NCBI GenBank assembly: GCA_963752285.1
Contig: CAVVXN010000005.1
Span: 1,632,001-1,696,000, forward strand
Source: an uncultured Planctomycetota bacterium
GTDB taxonomy: Bacteria > Planctomycetota > PLA2 > JAEUHO01
DNA: 64,000 bases
Direction: 5' to 3'
In this document: in pieces, positions 50,704 to 60,288 of the stretch
Position numbering within the stretch: position 1 is the first letter of the stretch
How the letters are laid out: every line of letters starts with the position of its first letter
Translations under genes and position numbers: made by a program
Notes under the pieces: model-generated
What the model saw: the letters and a program-made list of their open reading frames with translations, nothing else
What the model was told of the DNA's origin: nothing
The model's database searches: none

Positions 50704-51836
50704 CGGCGCGGGATCAGGCCCTTCGGAGCCGCCGGGAGACGACCGCTCCACTCGTAGGAGAGCCTGCCGCGCCGGAACTTGATGCGGAGGAACGTGCCCT
50801 CGCGACAGAGCGAGAGGAGGTTCGTCACGTCGGACGCGGTGCGGATCCGGTGGTCCTCGCCGAACCCCCAGATCGAGACGATCACGTCGCCGACCCGCAG
50901 CGGCCTCTTCGACTTCGGGCCCGCGGGACCGTCCGGTGCGACCGCGGCGACCGCGGCACCCTCGGGGCTCCCGTGCTCGCCGACGGAGGTCTGGAGCTCG
51001 AGACCGAGGTACCCGGCGCTGGCGTCCGTCCGGCTCTCGATCAGGGCCATCAGGAACGCGTTGACCTGATGGATGGGGATCGAGAAGGACGCGCCCGTGT
51101 TCGTGTGCCCCGCGCCCGGCTGCGAGGGCCGCGTCGCGATCATGCCGTTGATGCCGAGGAGGTCGCCCTTGCGGTTCCAGAGCGGACCGCCCGAGTTGCC
51201 GGGGTTCACCTCGGCGTCGTGCTGCAGCGCGTTGCCGTAGAGGAACTCGCCGCCGAGGATCCGGTCGCGCCCCGACAGCACGCCGAGCGTAACGACCGGA
51301 TGGCCGTCGAGGGCGAGGCCGAACGGGTTGCCGGTCGCGAGGACCCAGGCGCCCTCCTCGACGACCTTGCTCGCGCGCACGCGGTTCGGGTTCAGGGTGA
51401 AGGCGTCCAGGTCCTTCGGCCGGCGCGGGAACGCGAGGAGCGCGATGTCGTACTGCGGGATCGTGTCGTGGACCTCGACGGCGCGCTCCTGGCCGTCCGA
51501 GGTCGAGATCGTGACCACGTCCGCGCCGGCGACGACGTGCACGTTCGTGATCACCCAGAGACGGCTCGCCCGCTCCACGATCACGCCCGACCCGAACGCG
51601 TAGGGCCGCACCTGGGCGCCGTCGACCGGCTTCCCGTCGCGACCGCGCGGATAGCGCTTGTTCCACACCGCCACCGTCATCTTCCGGACGGTGGCCGCGG
51701 TGTCCACGAGCTCCTGCTCCATGTCGAGCACGTCGGAGAGGTCCGACGAGAGGCCCCGGTCGGAGTCGTCGTCCGCGCGCGCCGGACCGAGCAGGGTCAG
51801 CGCGAGGACTCCGGCCAGCAGAACGCGTGTGCGCAC
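50700..51836 (-). CDS. HtrA/DegP-family serine protease + PDZ (intact triad)
   Basis: ITNVHVV, YDIALL, NPGNSGGP; signal peptide; overlaps the downstream start. Confidence 0.88.
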   Translation of the reverse strand: MRTRVLLAGVLALTLLGPARADDDSDRGLSSDLSDVLDMEQELVDTAATVRKMTVAVWNKRYPRGRDGKPVDGAQVRPYAFGSGVIVERASRLWVITNVHVVAGADVVTISTSDGQERAVEVHDTIPQYDIALLAFPRRPKDLDAFTLNPNRVRASKVVEEGAWVLATGNPFGLALDGHPVVTLGVLSGRDRILGGEFLYGNALQHDAEVNPGNSGGPLWNRKGDLLGINGMIATRPSQPGAGHTNTGASFSIPIHQVNAFLMALIESRTDASAGYLGLELQTSVGEHGSPEGAAVAAVAPDGPAGPKSKRPLRVGDVIVSIWGFGEDHRIRTASDVTNLLSLCREGTFLRIKFRRGRLSYEWSGRLPAAPKGLIPRR

Positions 51837-51893
51837 GAGGAAAGGCTATCGCGCGAAACAGGATCCCGCGTGATCGCTTCCGGCGTCCCCGTC

Positions 51894-53807
51894 TCAGGGG
51901 CGCTGGCCGAGGGTCACCGGGACCGTCAGGAGCGCGCCCCGGCGTCGGACGGTCATCTCGACCGTCTCGCCGGCGTATCGGAAGGCGACCGCGTCCACCG
52001 CGTCTTCGACCGTGGCGACCTCGTCGTCGTCCACGCGGTACACGACGTCCCCCGCGGCGAGGCCCGCGCGGTCCGCGGCGGACGCCGGAACGACGGTCTC
52101 GATCGTCGGCACGTCGCCCGAGGCGAATCGGACGCCGAGGAAGCCGTGCGCGGGCACGCGGCCCCGGCGGATGTCGGCGGCGGACGCGATCAGCCTCTCC
52201 GCGGGCACGACGAACGCGACCCCGCTGCTCCGGCCGTGCCGCCCCGGGTGCCAGAGCTGGAGCATGCCGACGAGGCCCCCGTCGATGTCCACGACCGCGC
52301 CGCCGCAGTTCGAGTCGATGCCCGACGCGTCCGTCTGCCACTCGCCGCGCCAGGCCACCGCGCCGTCGTCGGGGTGCTTCTTCGAGAGGATGCCGAACGA
52401 CACGAGGGGCAGGGGTCGGCGCTCGGGCCCGAACGGGTCGCCGACCGCCACGACGAAGCGTCCGGGCGCCAGCGCGGCCGTGGGCGCGGCCGGGACCACG
52501 TGCGCCCCCGACCGCCGCGCCACGTCCTCTTCCACCTCCAGGAGCGCGACGCCGGTCCGGTCGTCGTGCCCGACGAGGCGCGCCGGACCGTGCGCGCCCG
52601 AGGGGAACCACGCCTCGACGTCGAGCACGTCGTCGAGCCCGTCGGCGACGCTCGCGCCCTCCGGCGGTCGCCAGAGCGGGTACACGAGCTCGGCCACGTC
52701 CGTCAGGTCGTAGAGGCTCGTTGCGATGCCGCCTTGCTCGTCCACGAGGAGGCCGCTCACGGGGCCCCGCCAGCGAGGCAGCGCCTCGCCGGGGGGCAGC
52801 GCGGGCGTGCGCCCCGAGATGGGCCGCCGACGACGGACGACGAGGCTCACGACGCCGGCCCGTGCGGCGCGCGCGGCGACCCCGACGGCGTGCTCGAGCG
52901 CTCGCGCGGTCTCCCCCGCCGGCTCGGGGCTCGCCGGCGCGAGCGCGCGCGACTCCGCTCCCCCGACGGCGGCGCGGATCCGGTCGATGGGGACGACGCG
53001 CCCGAGGAGCTGCTGCGGCTGGTCGGGGCCGGGGTCCACCCAGCTCGAGACGGTGCCCACGAGCTGGCCGTCGAGCGACACGACACCGCCGCCGTTCATG
53101 CCCTGGTTCAACGCGGCGGTCGTGTAGAGGAGGGTCCATGGGCCGACGGGCGCGCCCTTCGGCGCGGGATCGGCCGACGCGACGAGACCCGCGGTGACCG
53201 TCGGGGGCGTTGACCCCACGTCGTCGAACGCGACGCCCGCCGCGATGACGAACCGCCCGGGCTCCAGCTCGGCGCTCCGTCCGACGGGGACGAAGGGGAA
53301 CCCACCCGCGGGGGGCCCGAGCACGCGCACGAGCGCCGTGTCGGCCTCGACGCTCCGCGCGACCACGCGCGCGGGCCACGCGCGGTACCCCCCGTTCCCG
53401 TCCGCCCTTCGGACCTCGACGTCGTCGAGGCGCACCTTCTCGACGCCGTCCCCCGCGCGCCGCCACATCACGCCCGCGTCCCCGTCGGTCAGGACGAGAC
53501 CCTCCGCGGAGACGAGCACGCCCGACGAGAAGCCCCCCTCCGCGCGCGACACGCCGCGCGGCACGACCACCACGGTGGCGCGCCGCGCGCGGTCCGCGAC
53601 AAAGCGGAACGAGTCCTCCACGCGGGAGAGCGCGTCGCTCGCGGGCGCGCGCCCCGCCAGCGCGAGGACGGCGAGAACGGCGAGGGCGCCGAGGCCGAGG
53701 CGGGAGGCCCGGGCCGTCAGCCCGCGAAGCGCCGGCGCCCCCGGCGTCGAGCCGCCGGGGCGGGGCGGCGCGCCGGCCGAGCGCGCGAGGACCGGGAGCG
53801 TCCTCAC
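51894..53807 (-). CDS. secreted tandem trypsin-like (S1C) double pseudo-protease + PDZ
   Basis: LTDGDAG / NQGMNGGG; ATSLYDL / DSNCGGAV; C-terminal PDZ; clear paralog of 48838-50703. Confidence 0.8.
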   Translation of the reverse strand: MRTLPVLARSAGAPPRPGGSTPGAPALRGLTARASRLGLGALAVLAVLALAGRAPASDALSRVEDSFRFVADRARRATVVVVPRGVSRAEGGFSSGVLVSAEGLVLTDGDAGVMWRRAGDGVEKVRLDDVEVRRADGNGGYRAWPARVVARSVEADTALVRVLGPPAGGFPFVPVGRSAELEPGRFVIAAGVAFDDVGSTPPTVTAGLVASADPAPKGAPVGPWTLLYTTAALNQGMNGGGVVSLDGQLVGTVSSWVDPGPDQPQQLLGRVVPIDRIRAAVGGAESRALAPASPEPAGETARALEHAVGVAARAARAGVVSLVVRRRRPISGRTPALPPGEALPRWRGPVSGLLVDEQGGIATSLYDLTDVAELVYPLWRPPEGASVADGLDDVLDVEAWFPSGAHGPARLVGHDDRTGVALLEVEEDVARRSGAHVVPAAPTAALAPGRFVVAVGDPFGPERRPLPLVSFGILSKKHPDDGAVAWRGEWQTDASGIDSNCGGAVVDIDGGLVGMLQLWHPGRHGRSSGVAFVVPAERLIASAADIRRGRVPAHGFLGVRFASGDVPTIETVVPASAADRAGLAAGDVVYRVDDDEVATVEDAVDAVAFRYAGETVEMTVRRRGALLTVPVTLGQRP

Positions 53808-53811
53808 GGCG

Positions 53812-54951
53812 TCAGCGAACGCCCAGACGGCCGGTCCACCGAAGCGTCTGACCGCTCCTCACGAAGCGGAGGGTGACCGTCGTGCCGGGCACGAGGCCGC
53901 GGAGCACGCTGTGCACGTCCTGCGCCGAGCGGATGCGCCACGCGCGGCCTCCCGTGGCGAACCCCGTGATGACGTCGCCCGGGAGGAGCGCGCCGTCGCC
54001 CGACGAGGGCCGGCCGGGCGACGGCCCGAGGACGCTCGTCACGCGGGCCCCGAGCGGCTCCCCGCGTCCGTCCGTCTCGGTCGTGTACCGGATCCCGAGC
54101 AGGCTCGTCGGCCGAACGACCGGCGGCGGGAGCGAGGCCACCACGTCCGGCCTCGGCTCGACCGGACGCGAGGGCTCGGTCACCGACGCGAGGAAGCGCT
54201 GGATCCGCTCCATCGGCACCGCGAACGAGGCGCCGGTGTAGGCGGGGCCCGCGCCCTGCGCGCGGGAACGCGTCGCGATCGTGCCGTTCAAGCCGAGCAG
54301 CTCGCCCCGCGCGGACCAGAGCGGCCCGCCGCTGCTGCCCGGGTTGATCTCGGCGTCGTGCTGCAGCGTCGGCGCGTCCACGTACGTCGTCTCGTCGGGC
54401 GGCCGGAGCCCCGAGACGACGCCGAGCGTCGCGACGGCGCGGCCGTCGAGAGCGAGGAAGAACGGGTTGCCCGTCGCGAGCACCCACGAGCCGTCGTCCG
54501 GGCGAGGCGTCCGCCGCCCCTCGAGCGGCACCGACCGGAGCGAGTCGGGGGCCGTGCGGAAGGAGAGGAGCGCGAGGTCGCCCTGGCGGTCCCGCGCGCG
54601 CACCTGGACGGGGAAGTGCCGGCCGTCCGCGGTCACGACCTCGAACGTCGCGTCGGAGTCCACCACGTGGAGGTTCGTGAGCACGAAGAGCCCGCGGTAG
54701 CGGACGAGGACCCCCGACCCGACGGCCTGGAGGGGCAGCGGTCGTCCCCCCGGGCCGCCCGCGGCCGTCGCGGGCGTCTTCGCGAGCACGCTCACGGTCG
54801 CGCCGCGCACCAGCTCGACGGTGCGGACGATCCTGCGCTCGAGCTCGTGCACCTCCGCGCGCTCGGCCGTGGTCAACTCGTCGGCCCGGAGCCGCGCGGG
54901 GAGGAGGACGGCCGCGGCCAGGGTCGCGGCCAGGATCCCGAGGCGGGGCAT
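53812..54951 (-). CDS. HtrA/DegP-family serine protease + PDZ (intact triad)
   Basis: LTNLHVV, GDLALL, NPGSSGGP; paralog of 50700-51836. Confidence 0.87.
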   Translation of the reverse strand: MPRLGILAATLAAAVLLPARLRADELTTAERAEVHELERRIVRTVELVRGATVSVLAKTPATAAGGPGGRPLPLQAVGSGVLVRYRGLFVLTNLHVVDSDATFEVVTADGRHFPVQVRARDRQGDLALLSFRTAPDSLRSVPLEGRRTPRPDDGSWVLATGNPFFLALDGRAVATLGVVSGLRPPDETTYVDAPTLQHDAEINPGSSGGPLWSARGELLGLNGTIATRSRAQGAGPAYTGASFAVPMERIQRFLASVTEPSRPVEPRPDVVASLPPPVVRPTSLLGIRYTTETDGRGEPLGARVTSVLGPSPGRPSSGDGALLPGDVITGFATGGRAWRIRSAQDVHSVLRGLVPGTTVTLRFVRSGQTLRWTGRLGVR

Positions 54952-55061
54952 GGCGCGAGAGTAGGGATCGGGAGAGGCCCGGTCAACGCGCCGTGTCGCG
55001 ACCCTCCGGGCACCCCCCGGCGCAGGCGGTCGGGACCGGCCCGCGCGGTGGGGTCCCGGGC

Positions 55062-55089
55062 TTGACGCCGCCGGGGCGTCTCCTAACAT
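55062..55089 (+). promoter_or_regulatory. sigma70-type promoter upstream of tRNA-Gln/tRNA-Glu
   Basis: TTGACG, 16 bp spacer, TAACAT. Confidence 0.55.
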
Positions 55090-55222
55090 CGCCGATTCCC
55101 CGCCGCCCGCATCCCGCGGGGCCGGCGGGCGTTCTTTCGGAGCTCGACCCCGCGCGACGTGCCTTCGCGGCCGCCCGAGCCGGGCGTTCGCGGGGCCCGT
55201 CGGCGCCGCGCGACGTTCGCGT

Positions 55223-55298
55223 TGAGGAGTAGTTCAGCTGGTAGAACGCCTGACTCTGGATCAGGAAGTCGGAGGTTCGAGTCCTCCCTCCTCAGCCA
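55223..55298 (+). tRNA. tRNA-Gln(CTG)
   Basis: TGAGGAGTAGTTCAGCTGGTAGAACGCCTGACTCTGGATCAGGAAGTCGGAGGTTCGAGTCCTCCCTCCTCAGCCA. Confidence 0.96.
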
Positions 55299-55345
55299 CC
55301 CTCGCCGCTCGGCCCGCGCATCGTCGGTCTCTCGCCCGCCACCCC

Positions 55346-55421
55346 GGCCCCATCGTCTAGCGGTCTAGGACACGGCCCTCTCAAGGCTGAAACGGGGGTT
55401 CGAGTCCCCCTGGGGTCACCA
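55346..55421 (+). tRNA. tRNA-Glu(CTC)
   Basis: GGCCCCATCGTCTAGCGGTCTAGGACACGGCCCTCTCAAGGCTGAAACGGGGGTTCGAGTCCCCCTGGGGTCACCA. Confidence 0.96.
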
Positions 55422-55568
55422 TCCACGGGCCCTCCGGTCTCGTCCGACCGGAGGGCCCTCGTCGTCGGCGCCCTCGCCGTGCGGACCCGTGTCGTCGGGG
55501 CCCGCGCCGTCGGTCCGGCCTCGGGGCCGCGGGAACGGGAGGCGGACGCGCGGGGTTCTTCGCGCCCG

Positions 55569-56354
55569 CTACCAGTCGGTGCGCTTCTTGTTCTTGTTCC
55601 ACCAGGTCCGCCACTCCTGCGGACGGGTGAGCTGCTGGCCCGTGAGCGACTGGAGCGCGTGGCGGAGCGAGACGTGGTACACGCGCCATCGTTCCTTCAT
55701 CACGGACGCGATGACCTTGTCCTCCTGCTGGACGGACATCATCAGGTTCCACGTCGTCGTGTAGAGGTCCACGAGGCTCTTCACGGCGTCCTTGCGAACC
55801 ACGAGCGGCGCGGCGCCGTACGTGGCGAGGGCTTCGGCGGCCTCGGCCACCACCTCCGCGTCCTCGTCGGAACGGATGAGGGGCTCGAGGAGGGGAACGG
55901 CCGCGGGGTCGGCGATCACCGAGAGGGAACGGGCGATCCGTCGCCTCAAGTCCGCGTCCCGCCGGAAGTCCTTGTCCTCGAGGAGCGCGCCGAGCGGGGC
56001 GAGGAGCGGCGGTCCGTGCTCCTTGTCCACGAAGGCGAACACGCGGTCCCGGAGCTTCGCGTCCGTCAGCACGACGGCCTCGAGCGTGACCTCCGCGGCG
56101 TCGGGACCGCCGAGGACCTCGATCGCATCGAGGAGCCCGGTGACCTCGCCCATCTCCTCCTCGACGTGCGGGTCCCGGACCGCCTTGCGGAGCGCGCGGC
56201 CGAGCTTCTTGAGCTGCGCCTTCCGCACCGCGGGCGGGACGGCCGGGCCCTCCTCGGCGAGCGCCCGCTCCGACGCGGCCGCGACGAGGAGGGCGGCCAG
56301 GAGCGCGGACGCGAGCGCGGCGAGGAGGACGGCGGGGAGACGACGCGAAGGCAT
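55569..56354 (-). CDS. secreted HEAT-repeat protein
   Basis: Signal peptide ending ALA; LRRRIARSLSVIADPAAVPLLEPL, VAEAAEALATYG; ALQSLTGQ...EWRTWWNKNK tail. Confidence 0.75.
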   Translation of the reverse strand: MPSRRLPAVLLAALASALLAALLVAAASERALAEEGPAVPPAVRKAQLKKLGRALRKAVRDPHVEEEMGEVTGLLDAIEVLGGPDAAEVTLEAVVLTDAKLRDRVFAFVDKEHGPPLLAPLGALLEDKDFRRDADLRRRIARSLSVIADPAAVPLLEPLIRSDEDAEVVAEAAEALATYGAAPLVVRKDAVKSLVDLYTTTWNLMMSVQQEDKVIASVMKERWRVYHVSLRHALQSLTGQQLTRPQEWRTWWNKNKKRTDW

Positions 56355-56518
56355 GCCCATGGGGATCCTAACGCCGGCGGGCGCGAGGCCGGGCGCATGG
56401 GAGGATGGGCCCATCCGGACTCCGCCCCGGGAGGGACCTCGATGGACGTTCGCGGTGCGCCCGCGCGGCCCGCCCCCGCGCCGCTTTGCCCGTCTCGCGC
56501 GATCGCCCTGGGGCTCGC

Positions 56519-57763
56519 GTGACCCCGCCTCGGCCCCTGCCCGCGCCGGATGCCGGTCCGACGTCCGACCCCGAGGCCGACCTGCTCCGCCTCCGCACGC
56601 GGTTCCCGACCCTCGAGACGTGCGCGTACCTGATCTCGAACTCGCTCGGCGCGATGCCCGTGGACGCCGCGAACGACCTCGAGGAGTACGCGCGGACGTG
56701 GACCGCGCGCGGCGTACGCGCGTGGGCCGAGACGTGGTGGGCACTGGCCGGCCAGGTCGGCGACGAGATCGGCCGACTCCTTCGCGCCGCGCCGGGCACG
56801 GTCTCGATGCACCAGAACGTGACGCTCGCGTCGGCGGTCGTCATCTCGTGCTTCGACTGGTCCGGCGAGCGGAACCGCGTCGTCCACACCGACATGAACT
56901 TCCCGTCGGTCCGGTACCTCTACGAGCGGTTCGCGGGTGCGCAGGGCGCCGAGATCGTGGAGGTCCGAAGCGAGGACGGCGTCGGCGTGGAGACGGAGCG
57001 GATCCTCGAGGCGATCGACGAGCGGACGCTTCTCGTCCCGGTGAGCCACGTGCTCTTCAAGAGCGCGTGGATCCAGGACGCGGAGGCGATCTGCCGCCGC
57101 GCGCGCGAGGTCGGCGCCCACGTGGTGCTCGACGCGTTCCAGTCCGCCGGGACGATCCCGGTGGACGTCCAGGCGCTCGACTGCTCCTTCCTGGTCGGCG
57201 GGGTGCTGAAGTGGCTCTGCGGCGGTCCGGGCGGCGCGTTCCTCTACGTGCGGCCGGACCTGCTCCCGACCCTCGAGCCGCGCCTGACGGGCTGGCTGGC
57301 GCATCCGCGGCCGTTCGCGTTCGAGGGGCCGCCCATGACGTACACGGAGGGCGCGTACCGCTTCCAGAACGGCACGCCGAACGTGCCGGCCCTCTACGCG
57401 GCCCGCGCGGGGCCCCGCATCGTGCGCGAGGCGGGGATCGAGCGGATCCGGTCGAAGAGTCGCCGGCAGACGGGGCGGCTGGTCCACGCCGCCGACGAGC
57501 GGGGCTGGCGCGTCACCGCCCCGCGCGACCCCGACCGCCGCGGCGGGACCGTGGCGATCGACGTCGAGCACGCGTACGAGGTCGCCCAGGAGCTCCTCCG
57601 CCGCGAGGTGATCGTCGACTACCGGCCCGGCGCGGGGATCCGCATCTCGCCGCACTTCTACACCACCGACGACGAGGTCGACCGGGCCGTGGACGAGATC
57701 GGCGCGATCCTCGTGTCGGGCGCGTGGCGCCGTCACGAGGGCGCGCACCGCACCGTGACGTGA
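56519..57763 (+). CDS. kynU: kynureninase-like PLP enzyme (aminotransferase class V)
   Basis: YLISNSLGAMP, LDAFQSAG, GGVLKWLCGGPGG, GWLAHPRPFAF, GIRISPHFY; followed by kynB; start approximate. Confidence 0.8.
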   Translation: MTPPRPLPAPDAGPTSDPEADLLRLRTRFPTLETCAYLISNSLGAMPVDAANDLEEYARTWTARGVRAWAETWWALAGQVGDEIGRLLRAAPGTVSMHQNVTLASAVVISCFDWSGERNRVVHTDMNFPSVRYLYERFAGAQGAEIVEVRSEDGVGVETERILEAIDERTLLVPVSHVLFKSAWIQDAEAICRRAREVGAHVVLDAFQSAGTIPVDVQALDCSFLVGGVLKWLCGGPGGAFLYVRPDLLPTLEPRLTGWLAHPRPFAFEGPPMTYTEGAYRFQNGTPNVPALYAARAGPRIVREAGIERIRSKSRRQTGRLVHAADERGWRVTAPRDPDRRGGTVAIDVEHAYEVAQELLRREVIVDYRPGAGIRISPHFYTTDDEVDRAVDEIGAILVSGAWRRHEGAHRTVT

Positions 57764-57775
57764 GCGGGGAGCACG

Positions 57776-58405
57776 ATGAGGATCCACGACATCAGCCGCC
57801 CCGTCTCCGAGACGATCGCCGTCTGGCCCGGCGACACGCGCTACCGCTTCCGCCTCGTGCAGCGCATCGCCGATGGCGCGAGCGTGAACGTCGGCGCGCT
57901 CGAGATGAGCGCGCACACCGGCGCGCACGTGGACGCGCCCCTCCACTTCGAGGACGACGCCCGAGACGTCGCCTCGCTCGACCTCGACCCCTACCTCGGC
58001 CCGTGCGTGGTCGCCGACGTGAGGCCCTCGGGCCGGGGGATCCGCCCCTCGGACCTGCCGCCGGGGCTCCTCGCCCTGCTCGAGACGGCCCCCCGGTGCC
58101 TGCTCCGGTCGTACGGCCGGCGTCCCGAGGGCTTCGACGAGGGCATGGCGCACGCGACGCCCGAGCTGGCCGACGCCCTCTCGGGGGCCGGCGTGCGCCT
58201 CCTGGGGATCGACACCGACTCGATGGACGCCTTCGAGTCGAAGGACCTGCCCTCGCACCGGCGGCTCCTGGCGCGCGGCATCGCCATCCTGGAGGGGATC
58301 GACCTCTCCTCGGTCGCGCCGGGGCGGTACGAGCTGGTGGCGCTCCCCCTCCGGCTGGTCGGCGCGGACGCGAGCCCGGTCCGGGCCGTCCTCGTCGAGC
58401 GGTGA
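57776..58405 (+). CDS. kynB: kynurenine formamidase / cyclase family
   Basis: VWPGDT, HTGAHVDAPLHF, GIDTDSMD, ILEGIDL, LVALPLRLVGADASPVRAVL. Confidence 0.85.
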   Translation: MRIHDISRPVSETIAVWPGDTRYRFRLVQRIADGASVNVGALEMSAHTGAHVDAPLHFEDDARDVASLDLDPYLGPCVVADVRPSGRGIRPSDLPPGLLALLETAPRCLLRSYGRRPEGFDEGMAHATPELADALSGAGVRLLGIDTDSMDAFESKDLPSHRRLLARGIAILEGIDLSSVAPGRYELVALPLRLVGADASPVRAVLVER

Positions 58406-58505
58406 CGCGCCGGGGGGAGGGCCGGCGCGATAGGCAATCGTCGGGCTTGCGCCGCGGGGGCCCGTGGGTCTCCAATTGGGACCGGGGTGGTTCCAGGAGA
58501 TGCCG

Positions 58506-58988
58506 ATGGCCGAAGGCGAGCCCGACGCGAAGGCGGAGCTGATCGAGATCCTGTCCGAGATCACCCCCACGATCGACGGGGTGGACCTCGCGAGCGACGA
58601 CGCCGCGGAACGTCTGGAGGCCACCCACCCGTTCGGGAGCCCGGGCATGACCCGGATCCGCGACCTCTGCCGCGCGGGGGTCGAGGAGGGCTGGCTCGTC
58701 CCGCGCGAGGCGGGCCCGCACGTGCGCTTCGGCCGGCTCGCGAAGGAGGTGAACGGCTACGCCGTGGACGTCGTGCTCATGGAGGGGAAGGCGCTCGGCC
58801 ACACGCATCCGAGGGGGGAGGTGAACATCGGGTTCGCGTGGGAGGGCGACCCGCGGTTCGACGGGAAGCCCGAAGGCTGGGTCGTCTACCCGCCGAACAG
58901 CCACCACGTCCCGACCGTCACCGGGGGAAAGATGCTCTTCGTCTACTTCCTCCCGGGCGGCGAGGTCCTCTGGGACCCGCCGCGGTAG
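58506..58988 (+). CDS. DUF4863 / hydroxylaminobenzoate lyase-like cupin
   Basis: CAGGAG RBS; HTHPRGEV, FDGKPEGWVVYPPNSHHVPTVTGG...YFLPGG. Confidence 0.75.
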   Translation: MAEGEPDAKAELIEILSEITPTIDGVDLASDDAAERLEATHPFGSPGMTRIRDLCRAGVEEGWLVPREAGPHVRFGRLAKEVNGYAVDVVLMEGKALGHTHPRGEVNIGFAWEGDPRFDGKPEGWVVYPPNSHHVPTVTGGKMLFVYFLPGGEVLWDPPR

Positions 58989-58997
58989 GATCGGCGC

Positions 58998-59405
58998 CGC
59001 GCGAGCGGGCCGGGCGACCGCGAGGCCGCAAGGCCCCGAGGAAAGTCCGGGCTCCACAGGGCGAGGTGGTGGGTAACGCCCACCGGGCGCGAGCCCGGGG
59101 AAAGGCAACAGAGAGCAGACCGCCGATGGCCCCGAGGCGCCCCCGTGGCGCCCGCGGGGATCAGGCAAGGGTGAAACGGTGGGGTAAGAGCCCACCGCGG
59201 CGGCGGCGACGCCGTCGGCGAGGCACGCCTCACCCGGAGAAAGGCCAAATAGAGGAGGAGCGGGTCGGCGGCGACCCCACGGTGCGGCCCGCACCGTCCA
59301 ACTCCCGGGTAGGCCGTTCGAGACCGCCGGCGACGGCGGTCCCAGATCGATGGTCGCCCCGGTCTTCGGACCGGACAGGACCCGGCTTACAGGCCCGCTC
59401 GCGCG
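58998..59405 (+). ncRNA. rnpB: RNase P RNA (type A)
   Basis: GAGGAAAGTCCGGGCTCC, GGTGAAACGGTGGGGTAAGAGCCCACC and ACAGGACCCGGCTTA; P1 helix CGCGCGAGCGGGCC/GGCCCGCTCGCGCG; TAGGAT -10 at 58986. Confidence 0.96.
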
Positions 59406-59431
59406 TCTTCGCCCCCGGTCGGGCCGAACCC

Positions 59432-60148
59432 TCAGACGGGACGGAGCACGACGACGCGGTTGCAGCCCCGGCACACGACGAGCCGGGTCTGGTTCTGCAC
59501 CGCGAAGACGTCGTTCTTCGTCAGGCGCTCCATGCAGGCCCCGCAGTACTCGCCCTCGAGGTACGAGAGACCGCTCCCGCGGCTCCGGAGGACCCGCTCG
59601 TAGACCGCGAGGGCCTCGGCCGGGATGCCGGCCTGGAGCGCGCCGCGCGCCTGCACCAGGTCGTCCCGCGCCTTCTTCACGCCGCCGAGGCTCGCTTCCA
59701 TCGCCTCGCGGGCCGTGTCCACGCGGGCCGTCGCCTCGGCCTTGTCCTTCGAGAGCGTGTCCACCCGCGCCGCGGCCTGCTCGACGACGTCCAGGATCTT
59801 CAGGATCTCGCTCTGGAGGCGGTCGGCGTCGGCCTGGTAGTTCGCGAGCTCCGCCTTGAAGGCCACGAACTCCTTGTTCGTTCGCACCTCGGAGGACTGC
59901 GCGCGGAGCCGCTCGATCTTCTGTTCGGCCGCCTTGAGATCGTTCTCGCGAAGCTTGATCTGCGCCTTCAGGATGCGGGCGCGCTCGTCCACCGCAGAGA
60001 TCTTCTGGTCGATCTCCTGGACGCGGCCCTGCGAGGTGTCGAGGCGTCGGGGACCCGCCGCGAGATCCTGCTCGAGCTCGGCGATCCGCTGGTCGTGCTC
60101 GTGGAGGGCCAGGAGCCGGTCCACCACCTCCGAGTAGTCGCTCGCCAT
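59432..60148 (-). CDS. coiled-coil C4-type zinc-ribbon protein (DUF164 family)
   Basis: Long coiled coil, VRTNKEF, YCGACM...VVCRGCNRV. Confidence 0.88.
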   Translation of the reverse strand: MASDYSEVVDRLLALHEHDQRIAELEQDLAAGPRRLDTSQGRVQEIDQKISAVDERARILKAQIKLRENDLKAAEQKIERLRAQSSEVRTNKEFVAFKAELANYQADADRLQSEILKILDVVEQAAARVDTLSKDKAEATARVDTAREAMEASLGGVKKARDDLVQARGALQAGIPAEALAVYERVLRSRGSGLSYLEGEYCGACMERLTKNDVFAVQNQTRLVVCRGCNRVVVLRPV

Positions 60149-60288
60149 GTGCAAGGGGGCCCCGCCGGGTGACGGGGCAAGGTATCGAATGGCGGAGCCG
60201 CGGGGAAGGGATCTCCGGGGTCCTTCGGCGCGCGGGGAGGCCGCCTTCCGGTGCGAGGCGCCGCGCCGGGCCGCGCGCGCCGGACGGC

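Noticed and set aside
46063..50757. 1564-aa plus-strand ORF and similar giant ORFs (18680-21775, 33298-36855, 33266-36529, 18817-22044)
   Set aside because: Antisense or off-frame shadows of real genes, caused by stop-codon scarcity at high GC; Arg/Pro/Gly-rich with no motifs
52300..52330. Cys-nucleophile protease from DSNCGG in the second domain of 51894-53807
   Set aside because: The catalytic His position is Tyr (TSLY) and the paralog has Val at the same site, so catalysis is unsupported
50704..53466. Long N-terminal extensions in the ORF track (also for 11271, 21792, 25533, 25614, 37960, 59432 and 60289)
   Set aside because: The extensions overlap other real genes; true starts are marked by SD or -10 elements, signal peptides or ATGA overlaps
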